26,343 bases of DNA from a virus (Duplodnaviria; Caudoviricetes). The stretch is taken from positions 1 to 26,343 of IMG/VR virus record IMGVR_UViG_3300017655_000020. One strand, 5' to 3'. Below, piece by piece: positions 16,684 through 23,846 of the stretch (its first letter is position 1; every line of letters begins with the position of its first letter). The position numbers and the translations under genes are program-made. The notes below the pieces were generated by a model. The model saw only the letters and a program-made list of their open reading frames with translations. It was not told the origin of the DNA and did not search any database.

Positions 16684-16755
16684 ATATTAGCGATTCGCTA
16701 ACAGTCGGTCAATAGCGTTATGCTAATTGCTTTTCTTAGCGTAATGCCATGGAAT
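16684..16755. promoter_or_regulatory. OR region: three 15-bp operators with divergent pR and pRM promoters
   Basis: Operators TTAGCGATTCGCTAA (16687-16701), ATAGCGTTATGCTAA (16712-16726) and TTAGCGTAATGCCAT (16736-16750). pR (-): TTGACC-17-TAATAT. pRM (+): TTGCTT-17-TGGAAT. Confidence 0.85.
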
Positions 16756-16762
16756 TGACCAC

Positions 16763-17158
16763 ATGAACACGATTGATGACATCCGCAGAACAAACCTCCA
16801 AAGCCTGGTGAAACAGGCCGGAGGCGTGGGACGCTTAGCAGAGCAGATCGGTAAGGATCCAAGCCAGTTAAGCCAATGGCTCAATGCATCGCCCGACTCC
16901 AAGACTGGCAAACCTCGGGGAATTCGATCTGCCACCTGCCGGGCGATTGAACACGCACGAGGACTACCGGAAGGATGGCTGGATGCGCAGCACTCAGCGG
17001 AAGCACCTTCGCCTACTTGGCCCTTCGTCTCCATCGACCCTAGGCGATATGACCTCTTGCCGGAAAGGGTCAAGGGGATGATTGAAGGACGCGTTGCGGC
17101 GATGATCGACGAGTGGGAAGCCGATACAGCGAAGTCGCGCAAGACCACAGCCGCATAG
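16763..17158 (+). CDS. CI-like prophage repressor, short form without S24 autopeptidase
   Basis: N-terminal HTH 'IRRTNLQSLV...LAEQIGKDPSQLSQWL...RAIEHARGLPEGWLD'; only 131 aa. Confidence 0.87.
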   Translation: MNTIDDIRRTNLQSLVKQAGGVGRLAEQIGKDPSQLSQWLNASPDSKTGKPRGIRSATCRAIEHARGLPEGWLDAQHSAEAPSPTWPFVSIDPRRYDLLPERVKGMIEGRVAAMIDEWEADTAKSRKTTAA

Positions 17159-17192
17159 ATAAACGGGTTACTCACACTTCCGGGAAAGAGTT

Positions 17193-17810
17193 TTGGCACG
17201 TACAACAACAAAAATCGACTACAGCTATTGGGCACGTCTAGACAAATGGACGGTTAAAGAGGCCGCTCTGCTCTTTGATGGCAAAGACCCTTCCCTATAT
17301 CCCGAACTTCGCCTCACGATGTCGAAGCCGCCGGAGGGCTTCGAAAGCACGGTCAATATCTCCAGGGCGATCTCTCGCATCGATTGGAACGAAAGATTCG
17401 GACGAAGCAAGTACGAGATCGGCTCACACCCGGTCTATCTCACGGTCGCATTGATGAAAAGTGGCTGGGACATTCCTGAGGGACTGAAGGCCGAACTTCA
17501 AAAGCGCATTGATCAAGACGACCTCGAGCCCGCTACTCAAAACGCTGAAAGCGAAGATTCATCTGCCGAACGTGAGGCTAATACCGAGACCCAGTCGAAC
17601 ATATCGGCCGCCACGAAAGAACGAGTGACCATGTTGAAGCTCATTTTGGGCTTGGCGGCTGGGGGGTATGGCCTACAGCCTGAAGCCACACGCAATCCTC
17701 ATGCAAAGGCCATGCGCGAAGATCTAGAAAAAATTGGGTGGGGCCTGGACGACGGGACAATTAAAAAATACCTGGACGAGGCTCGGTCCCTCTGGAAGCA
17801 GGCAAAGTAA
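17193..17810 (+). CDS. Hypothetical protein (205 aa), probably co-transcribed with cI, with a predicted C-terminal HTH-like region
   Basis: TTG start 35 nt after the cI stop; lower GC. N-terminus 'YWARLDKWTVKEAALLF.GKDP'; C-terminus 'MREDLEKIGWGLDDGTIKKYLDEA'. Confidence 0.75.
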   Translation: MARTTTKIDYSYWARLDKWTVKEAALLFDGKDPSLYPELRLTMSKPPEGFESTVNISRAISRIDWNERFGRSKYEIGSHPVYLTVALMKSGWDIPEGLKAELQKRIDQDDLEPATQNAESEDSSAEREANTETQSNISAATKERVTMLKLILGLAAGGYGLQPEATRNPHAKAMREDLEKIGWGLDDGTIKKYLDEARSLWKQAK

Positions 17811-17820
17811 ATCGTGCGTT

Positions 17821-17860
17821 GTCTCAGGTTGTCTCCGGCTGTCCCAACACGTCTCAACAA
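17821..17860. repeat. Four 10-bp-phased direct repeats (GTCTC core)
   Basis: gtctcaggtt / gtctccggct / gtcccaacac / gtctcaacaa. Confidence 0.6.
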
Positions 17861-18127
17861 GTGCCCACGGGCACCTGAACGCGCCTGTGTACGCCCGTAT
17901 ACGCCTAGCACTGCCCAGAACAGGCGGAAATTGTGCTGAAAAATGATGTTTAGTGAGCGAAGTGAAGCAAAAGCAGGCAAAACCAGACTAAAAAAAAGCT
18001 CACCCGCGCACGCTCCCCTCAGGAAAGCCGCAAGAATGCTCACCGGCCATCCGAATTCGGGTTTCTGCTCGCACGTTGGGACAACGGCACGCAATCGAGA
18101 GCGATACTGCCACCAATCGACGAAGAA

Positions 18128-18180
18128 AGAGCGTTACGCCCAACTTTCAGTTGATTAAATTATTAGCGTTACGCTATCAT
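18128..18180 (+). promoter_or_regulatory. pL/OL: early-left promoter with CI operator(s)
   Basis: TTGATT-18-TATCAT (18151-18180) overlapping operator TTAGCGTTACGCTAT (18163-18177); degenerate copy AGAGCGTTACGCCCA (18128-18142). Confidence 0.8.
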
Positions 18181-18195
18181 TTCTGCAGCAAGAAA

Positions 18196-18257
18196 GAAGC
18201 CCCGCAGATTCGCAGTCTGCAGGGCTCCTGATGACAAACAGCGATTCGCAGTCGCTG
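18196..18257 (+). promoter_or_regulatory. Twin leader hairpins with identical TTCGCAG loops (c4 a1b1-like antisense target or nut-like element)
   Basis: GCAGA-TTCGCAG-TCTGC within AGCCC...GGGCT (18198-18226), and CAGCGA-TTCGCAG-TCGCTG (18239-18257). Confidence 0.65.
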
Positions 18258-18286
18258 CCATCTAACCTGGACCACGGGAGTCAACC

Positions 18287-18670
18287 ATGTCCAAGAAGAT
18301 CCCCGCCGTCGAGCGGGTAGGGATTACTACGCTTAATGGTATAGCAGAAAACCGCAATTCTGCAAACAAGGAGGGCGTTTCGCCCTTCGCTTCGCATGAA
18401 CTGGTAGCTGTTCTTGAGAACGAATTTTTGCTCCCGATAGGGACCAGCGCCAAGACACTCGACCAATTAGAGGCTCTGTTCCGCCAATTCTCCATTGAAC
18501 TTGGCAAAGATGACTTTAGCCGCGTCGATCAGGCGCGTCTCCGCCAGCTCGCGGATCTGGCAGCGTGTGTCGCAAGTGACGCAGCAAACTCGTGCGGCTG
18601 CTATCACGAGCGCGGACGCGACCAGCACATTCCTTCGCTCATGGCCACTTTTCAGGCAGGTGGCCAATGA
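18287..18670 (+). CDS. Hypothetical protein (127 aa), first gene of the early-left operon
   Basis: GGGAG RBS; stop overlaps the antirepressor ATG. Confidence 0.75.
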   Translation: MSKKIPAVERVGITTLNGIAENRNSANKEGVSPFASHELVAVLENEFLLPIGTSAKTLDQLEALFRQFSIELGKDDFSRVDQARLRQLADLAACVASDAANSCGCYHERGRDQHIPSLMATFQAGGQ

Positions 18671-19518
18671 ACCACCTCATCCACATCCACGGCACGGAAA
18701 TCCCGGTGCTCGAGGTCCAAGGCGTTCGCGTCGTCACCCTCGCCATGGTTGACCGTGTGCATCAGCGTCCCGAAGGCACCGCGCGCCGCAGCTTCAACGA
18801 GCATCGTGCACGCTTCATCAAGACGGACGACTACCTCGATTTGACTGCGGACGAAATTCGTACGCAGTCGCTTGGGAACGTGTTCCCCCCCAGAACCCCA
18901 AAAGGCATCGTCCTGACCGAATCCGGCTACCTCATGCTGGTCAAGAGCTTCACCGATGACTTGGCTTGGAAGGTTCAGCGCGATCTGGTGAACGGGTACT
19001 TCCGCCAAAAGACGAACAACATTGCTCACATGCCCGAAGTCGGCGCCAAGCTGGTGGGCGAATTGGCAATCATGGAATGCTATACGCGCCTGCTGCGCCC
19101 GTCGCCGTCGTCGCAGGTCGCCATGCTCCAGCACATTGCCAAAAGCCATCGCCTGGGCACGTCATTTCTCCCGGACTACGTGGTGGACGCCGCGACAGAC
19201 GGTCCCGCGGGCAGCAGCATGCCGACTGCATCGCTGACCGCCTTGCTCAAGGAACACGGCATCACGACGAACGTGGCGGCGTACAACGTCTTGCTGCGCG
19301 ACGCCGGCATGCTGGAGGAGCGCGCGCGCGCCAGCCGCTCTACGCCCACCAAGACGAAGCACTTCTGGGCCATTACCGAAATGGGCCTGACCTACGGCAA
19401 GAACCTGACCAACCCCGCATCGCCGCGGGAGACGCAGCCGCATTGGTACGTTGAGCGATTCGCCGAGCTTCATCGCATCGTGTCTGGACGCTTGCTGGGT
19501 AAGGGAGGTGCAGCATGA
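18667..19518 (+). CDS. Phage antirepressor (ORF6N/KilA-N domain plus Ant-type C-terminal domain)
   Basis: 'EVQGVRVVTLAMVDRVHQRPEGTARRSFNEHR.RF...LTESGYLMLVKSFTDDLAWKVQR.LVNGYF'. True start is ATG 18667 (ATGA overlap). Confidence 0.87.
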   Translation: MNHLIHIHGTEIPVLEVQGVRVVTLAMVDRVHQRPEGTARRSFNEHRARFIKTDDYLDLTADEIRTQSLGNVFPPRTPKGIVLTESGYLMLVKSFTDDLAWKVQRDLVNGYFRQKTNNIAHMPEVGAKLVGELAIMECYTRLLRPSPSSQVAMLQHIAKSHRLGTSFLPDYVVDAATDGPAGSSMPTASLTALLKEHGITTNVAAYNVLLRDAGMLEERARASRSTPTKTKHFWAITEMGLTYGKNLTNPASPRETQPHWYVERFAELHRIVSGRLLGKGGAA

Positions 19519-19829
19519 ACACCTTTCCTTTCAGCGCGAGCGGCTTTCGCGCTGCCGAGCAATGGCATGCAGGCTTCTGCGCAGCAGCCGAAGCGGCGGA
19601 AGGCTACCTTTTCCCGTCCGGCTTGCGCCAGGCATATGAAACTCTGCCCGACTCGGCACGCCCCGACTTCCTCGACGCAATCGGCGCCCTGCTTGTGAGC
19701 TTCCAGGTCATCGGCATTCCCGTCGCCGGGCGTCAAAACCTCCGCGAGGATGTGCAACTGTGCGCCATGTCGCACGAGGAACAGGATCGCTGGGCGCAAA
19801 CCCAAGACGGCGAGGGAGCCCAAGCATGA
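19515..19829 (+). CDS. Hypothetical protein (104 aa)
   Basis: GGAGG RBS; ATGA overlaps at both ends. Confidence 0.75.
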   Translation: MNTFPFSASGFRAAEQWHAGFCAAAEAAEGYLFPSGLRQAYETLPDSARPDFLDAIGALLVSFQVIGIPVAGRQNLREDVQLCAMSHEEQDRWAQTQDGEGAQA

Positions 19830-20164
19830 CCACTGCACTCTTCCCCACGCGCCGCTGCCAAGTCGGCGACCTTGTAATGCTGGTTCGAAGCAAGAACGCG
19901 GCTCGCTTGGGGCGCATTGGCGTCGTTATCTGCAGTACGACCAGCGCGGCGGCCGCAGCTCTTGCTCATCCCGACGACCTCGCCGAAGTCCAAAGGCGTG
20001 ATTGGGTCGTGGACTTTCAAGGCGCACCGGATGTCACCTACGGTGACGGCGCCCTCCTCGTGACTAACCGTATGGCCTGCGCGGATGCGACGCTCAGGCC
20101 GCTGCGCGCCGCTTCCGAAGACCTCGAGGCCGAAATGGTTGTTGCCGCAGGAGACTTGGCATGA
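19826..20164 (+). CDS. Hypothetical phage protein (112 aa; KOW/SH3-like 'RCQVGDLVMLV...GRIGVV')
   Basis: ATG 19826 overlaps the previous stop; GGGAG RBS. Confidence 0.72.
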   Translation: MTTALFPTRRCQVGDLVMLVRSKNAARLGRIGVVICSTTSAAAAALAHPDDLAEVQRRDWVVDFQGAPDVTYGDGALLVTNRMACADATLRPLRAASEDLEAEMVVAAGDLA

Positions 20165-20412
20165 GCGCCCGCACCTTGACGATCAAAGAGGCCTGCGCGG
20201 CCCTTGACCGCGCCGCCGAAGCGCTGCGCCAGACAGGTTCCCTTTTCCACGTCATCGCTCATGCCCGCCAGACTGGCCTTGACGATATGTTGAACACGCT
20301 CGATATGGCCGAGATCGGCATCCACATTTCCGGCGAGGTAGCCGAACAGACGCAAGAGTGGGCCGACCAATTCCGCCCCCTGCCCTCCACCGTCGATGGA
20401 GTATCGAAATGA
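20161..20412 (+). CDS. Hypothetical helical protein (83 aa)
   Basis: AGGAG RBS; ATGA overlaps. Confidence 0.72.
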   Translation: MSARTLTIKEACAALDRAAEALRQTGSLFHVIAHARQTGLDDMLNTLDMAEIGIHISGEVAEQTQEWADQFRPLPSTVDGVSK

Positions 20413-20660
20413 CCCAAGCCACAAGCACACGCCCCTTCGATACGGCGGCAGTCAGTCTGGCCATCGAGTGTATGGAAGAGCAGAAGGAACGGCTGCGCGC
20501 GCTGCTGTCCGCCTTGAACGACATGGACGAAGTTCGAGAATTGACGCCCAACGCGACGACATTGATGACGCTTGCCCAGCACATCGCCGAAGACCATAAG
20601 CACTGGTACAGCCTGAAAGAGTATCTCGGGCTTCGCGTCAGGACGGAGGGCACACGATGA
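20409..20660 (+). CDS. Hypothetical helical protein (83 aa)
   Basis: GGAG RBS; ATG 20409 (MTQATST...) overlaps the previous stop. Confidence 0.72.
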   Translation: MTQATSTRPFDTAAVSLAIECMEEQKERLRALLSALNDMDEVRELTPNATTLMTLAQHIAEDHKHWYSLKEYLGLRVRTEGTR

Positions 20661-20935
20661 GCCGCCCCCGCAACCCGACCGAGCAGTTGGCGGCAGCCGT
20701 ACGCGGCCGCGCCCTATATACCCGCCTCTATGACAAAGCGACGGCCGAACTATCCGAAGCTAAGGGTGAGGCTGCAGCCATGCGCGAGCGCTGCGCCACC
20801 TTGGCCAGTGCGCTCGAGATCACGACCCGCATCCTGGACGCCTCGGCGGATCCACAACTGAAGGCCGGCGCCGCCGCCGCGCGGAGCCTGCTCAATACGG
20901 CGGGGTGCATGACTGAAACGGAGAGGACGGCATGA
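20657..20935 (+). CDS. Hypothetical coiled-coil protein (92 aa)
   Basis: GGAGG RBS; ATGA overlaps. Confidence 0.72.
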   Translation: MSRPRNPTEQLAAAVRGRALYTRLYDKATAELSEAKGEAAAMRERCATLASALEITTRILDASADPQLKAGAAAARSLLNTAGCMTETERTA

Positions 20936-21327
20936 TTACGATCATCGAACTCCTCAACCAGCGCCGACGGGCCCTCCTAATCCAGGAACTGGAACGACAG
21001 TGGCCAGGCTGCGGAGCTCACACGAAGCGCAACCAGCTCACGAAGCAGGACGACGTGGTGTGGAGCCTTCTGCTGCCGAAGCATGTAGATGCCGAAATCC
21101 GTGTATACATACGTGGATGGAATGCCGCAATGGACGATGCTCGCAGAGTGGTTGCCGCGGCAAGCCCTCTTGAGGACAGCGATATCCCGGTCGCCGCGCC
21201 CCCGTTGGCCGCCTTCGGTCATCGGGCTAATCGACCACTAGGTCGAAGAGATCCTGCCGCAGCTCGTGCAGCACGCAGCGGCCTGGAATCTCTATTCGCC
21301 AATGCACCGGGGGATGCCGATGCGTGA
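20932..21327 (+). CDS. Hypothetical protein (131 aa)
   Basis: GAGG RBS; ATGA overlap. Confidence 0.68.
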   Translation: MITIIELLNQRRRALLIQELERQWPGCGAHTKRNQLTKQDDVVWSLLLPKHVDAEIRVYIRGWNAAMDDARRVVAAASPLEDSDIPVAAPPLAAFGHRANRPLGRRDPAAARAARSGLESLFANAPGDADA

Positions 21328-21517
21328 ACAAGGAGAGAGCCTCCTCCCGCTATCAGTAGTGAAGGCGCGGGTCGGCATGGGGAAGACGAAGATCTACGAA
21401 GAGATCAAGGCAGGAACGTTCCCGAAGTGCATCAAGAATGGACGCACTTCGGTGTGGGTTGAATCTGAAATTGACCGCTGGGTAAAGGGAAAAATACAAG
21501 CGGCAAGATCCAGCTAA
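21320..21517 (+). CDS. AlpA-family regulator / excisionase (recombination directionality factor)
   Basis: 'LLPLSVVKARVGMGKTKIYEEIKAGTFPKCIK.GRTSVWVESEIDRWV'. Start is 21320 or 21314. Confidence 0.9.
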   Translation: MREQGESLLPLSVVKARVGMGKTKIYEEIKAGTFPKCIKNGRTSVWVESEIDRWVKGKIQAARSS

Positions 21518-21524
21518 CGTTACG

Positions 21525-21564
21525 AAAAAAAGCCGCCAGAAATTCTGGCGGCTGTCTTCTTTTT
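21525..21564. terminator. Bidirectional intrinsic terminator
   Basis: A-run, then AGCCGCCAGA-AAT-TCTGGCGGCT, then a T-rich tail; lies between convergent genes. Confidence 0.85.
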
Positions 21565-21570
21565 GACTCT

Positions 21571-22614
21571 TCAACTAATACCTAAAATCTTTACGTCCCG
21601 GAGCAAACTTGCATGAACTCGAGCTTCCAAATGAAGCGTGACAGTTTTGCGTGAATTAAGTGCATTGGAGATCTTAGACTTGTGCCGCGCGTCTAAGGTG
21701 TCATCCTGCAGCGGACAAGTTATCTGCTGCTGCGTATCGGATAGCAAAATAGTTACTTTGTACTTTGCGCTATTCGAGGTATCGACACGCAGGACACGCG
21801 CCCTCTTCTTGAAAGTGCGCAACGAGAATTCCCGGCGGCGAGCGCTGTTTATCTCGCGAATGAACTCACCGGATACCTCCACGCCTTGAATGGTAGCCAC
21901 ATCAGCGGACTTCGCTGCCTTCAAGAATTCGTCGTGAGCAGCCTGGGCGTTGTGCGAGACTTGAGCCAGTGCCGGGTTACCGGCAATGATGCCGCTGAGT
22001 AACTCCATCCGCCGCGTTTCCTCTTTCGACATCGAAACGGTCATATCGCGAGCAGCGCTATCCTCATCCTTCTCAAGTTCTTTGAGACGAACTTCTTTGC
22101 GGTTGTTCAGCCATGCCTTAACCGCACTTGTCCCGAAATAGGACAGTGCCAACACTATCAGCACAGCAGCGCTATGGGTTGAGGTCATGTTGGTCAATGT
22201 AGTGGCAATTGCGTCAAAGATCTTTGGAGTATTTACCGTAATGAGATCAGACGATCCCTTTCCTACATGTACCTCAAGCTCCAGTTCATCGCGTTCTTCG
22301 CGACTCAAGTTGGGCTGCCGCTCTTCGCCGAACTTCACAATCGTATAGCTACGGTTCAGTTCCTGTTGCAGGGCCAGATACCCGGTCATCACACTGCTTG
22401 TGATGCTGCTGTCGAACTTATCGCCCTTCAGGTTCGTTGTTAGCACCGGCCAACCTTCGAACTTGATTTGGAAGGTCAACTCGCCCGGTTTATTGGTCAG
22501 ATCGCTCAGCACATCTAGGGCGTCTTTCTCAGATCTGATGACTTTAACGGGGCGGACGTCACCACCACCCGCCTGGAGATCTTTCGCCGAACTGTTCTTC
22601 TTCTTGCTGACCAC
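21571..22614 (-). CDS. Accessory (moron) protein, 347 aa, with one central hydrophobic helix; function unknown
   Basis: Long ORF with lower GC than its flanks, GAGG RBS with GTG start, convergent on xis, adjacent to att. Confidence 0.85.
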   Translation of the reverse strand: MVSKKKNSSAKDLQAGGGDVRPVKVIRSEKDALDVLSDLTNKPGELTFQIKFEGWPVLTTNLKGDKFDSSITSSVMTGYLALQQELNRSYTIVKFGEERQPNLSREERDELELEVHVGKGSSDLITVNTPKIFDAIATTLTNMTSTHSAAVLIVLALSYFGTSAVKAWLNNRKEVRLKELEKDEDSAARDMTVSMSKEETRRMELLSGIIAGNPALAQVSHNAQAAHDEFLKAAKSADVATIQGVEVSGEFIREINSARRREFSLRTFKKRARVLRVDTSNSAKYKVTILLSDTQQQITCPLQDDTLDARHKSKISNALNSRKTVTLHLEARVHASLLRDVKILGIS

Positions 22615-22759
22615 GCGCGCCTCGTCTCGAATTTTTGTTGCGGGGGGATTCTCTGACCGTTGCCGTGGCCGAATTGCGTTCAGTAGCCTGCTGACTCCGG
22701 GAATTGCGCGGTCAGTGTATCAAGATAATTCCTGCGCGCCTCCCAGGGCGTATCTTGCG

Positions 22760-22781
22760 GTTGCCCCATAAGTTGCCCCAT
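22760..22781. repeat. Tandem direct repeat GTTGCCCCAT x2 (probable integrase arm-type sites)
   Basis: Copies at 22760-22769 and 22772-22781 (12-bp period), about 60 bp from the tRNA 3' end. Confidence 0.7.
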
Positions 22782-22788
22782 GGTGCTG

Positions 22789-22832
22789 AAAAAGACAAAG
22801 GCCGTTAGTGAGTGCTATCACTAACGGCCTTT
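22789..22832 (-). terminator. 15-bp perfect inverted repeat / terminator after tRNA-Pro, part of the att junction
   Basis: AAAGGCCGTTAGTGA-GTGCTA-TCACTAACGGCCTTT (22797-22832), followed by a T-rich tail on the minus strand. Confidence 0.8.
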
Positions 22833-22839
22833 CATTTCT

Positions 22840-22916
22840 TGGTCGGGGCGGTGGGATTCGAACTCACGACCCTCTGCTCCCAAAGCAGATGCGCTACCAG
22901 GCTGCGCTACGCCCCG
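22840..22916 (-). tRNA. tRNA-Pro (anticodon TGG), 77 nt with encoded CCA; prophage integration site
   Basis: CGGGGCG/CGCCCCG acceptor stem, TCTGC-TT TGG GA-GCAGA anticodon arm, TTCGAAT T-loop, and ACCA end. Confidence 0.97.
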
Positions 22917-22926
22917 AAGGGTGGCA

Positions 22927-22935
22927 ACTATAACA
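22927..22935 (-). promoter_or_regulatory. Extended -10 promoter for the tRNA
   Basis: TGTTATAGT, 10 nt upstream of the mature 5' end. Confidence 0.5.
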
Positions 22936-23021
22936 GAAACCGCTGTTTTGCGGACGCGCACTGCCCTGATGCGCCGTAACAATGCCCCGCCGAAACGGGC
23001 TCAATACACAAAGGCGACGGA

Positions 23022-23798
23022 TCAGCCGAAGCGGCCCGTGATGTAGTCTTCCGTTTCCTTGCGCGAGGGCTTCACGAAGATCTGGTCGGTCTGGCCGAAT
23101 TCCATGAGCTCGCCCAGGTACATGTAGGCCGTGTAGTCCGAACACCGCGCGGCCTGCTGCATGTTGTGCGTCACGATCACGACGGTGTAGTCGTTCTTCA
23201 GCTCGGCGATCAGCTCTTCGATCTTGGCGGTGGAAATGGGATCCAGCGCCGAGCACGGTTCGTCCAGGAGCAGGACTTCCGGCTTGATGGCGACGCCGCG
23301 CGCGATGCACAGGCGCTGCTGCTGGCCGCCGGACAGGCTGTTGCCGCTTTGGTGCAGCTTGTCCTTGACCTCGTTCCACAAGGCGGCCTTGCTCAGCGCC
23401 CACTCCACGCGCTCGTCCATTTCGCCCTTGGAAAGGCGTTCGAACAGGCGCACGCCGAAGGCGATGTTGTCGTAGATGCTCATGGGGAACGGCGTGGGCT
23501 TCTGGAAGACCATGCCGATCTTTGCGCGGATCAGCGAGATGTCGGTCTTGGCCGTCAGCAGGTTTTCGCCGTCCAGGAGGATCTCGCCCTCGGCGCGCTG
23601 GCCGGGGTACAGCTCGAACATGCGGTTGAAGGTGCGCAGCAGCGTCGATTTGCCGCAGCCCGACGGACCGATGAAGGCGGTGACCTTCTTCTCCTGGATC
23701 GACATGTTCACGTTGCGAATCGCGTGGAACTTGCCGTAGTAGAAGTTCAGGTCCTTGACCTCGAGCTTGTTCTTGACTGCGGTAGCGGTGTTTTCCAT
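23022..23798 (-). CDS. pstB: Phosphate ABC transporter ATP-binding protein
   Basis: Motifs GPSGCGKS, '[16 protein letters not shown]', LSGGQQQR, '[12 protein letters not shown]' and 'EDYITGRFG'. Confidence 0.98.
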   Translation of the reverse strand: MENTATAVKNKLEVKDLNFYYGKFHAIRNVNMSIQEKKVTAFIGPSGCGKSTLLRTFNRMFELYPGQRAEGEILLDGENLLTAKTDISLIRAKIGMVFQKPTPFPMSIYDNIAFGVRLFERLSKGEMDERVEWALSKAALWNEVKDKLHQSGNSLSGGQQQRLCIARGVAIKPEVLLLDEPCSALDPISTAKIEELIAELKNDYTVVIVTHNMQQAARCSDYTAYMYLGELMEFGQTDQIFVKPSRKETEDYITGRFG

Positions 23799-23846
23799 TG
23801 GGTTTCCCTAGGCTGCGGCGCGACCAGCGCGCCGGCAAAGCGATCT

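Larger units (their letters stand above)
1..22839. mobile_element. Lambdoid/HK97-like prophage (one end; continues beyond the left edge of the window), integrated at the tRNA-Pro 3' end
   Basis: Contiguous tail, head, packaging, late-control, replication, immunity and early-left modules. They end at att-type repeats next to the tRNA CCA end, beyond which are host pst genes. Confidence 0.95.

Noticed and set aside
17943-18158. 71-aa ORF between the 205-aa gene and pL
   Set aside because: No RBS, low-information sequence, and it runs into the operator/promoter region.
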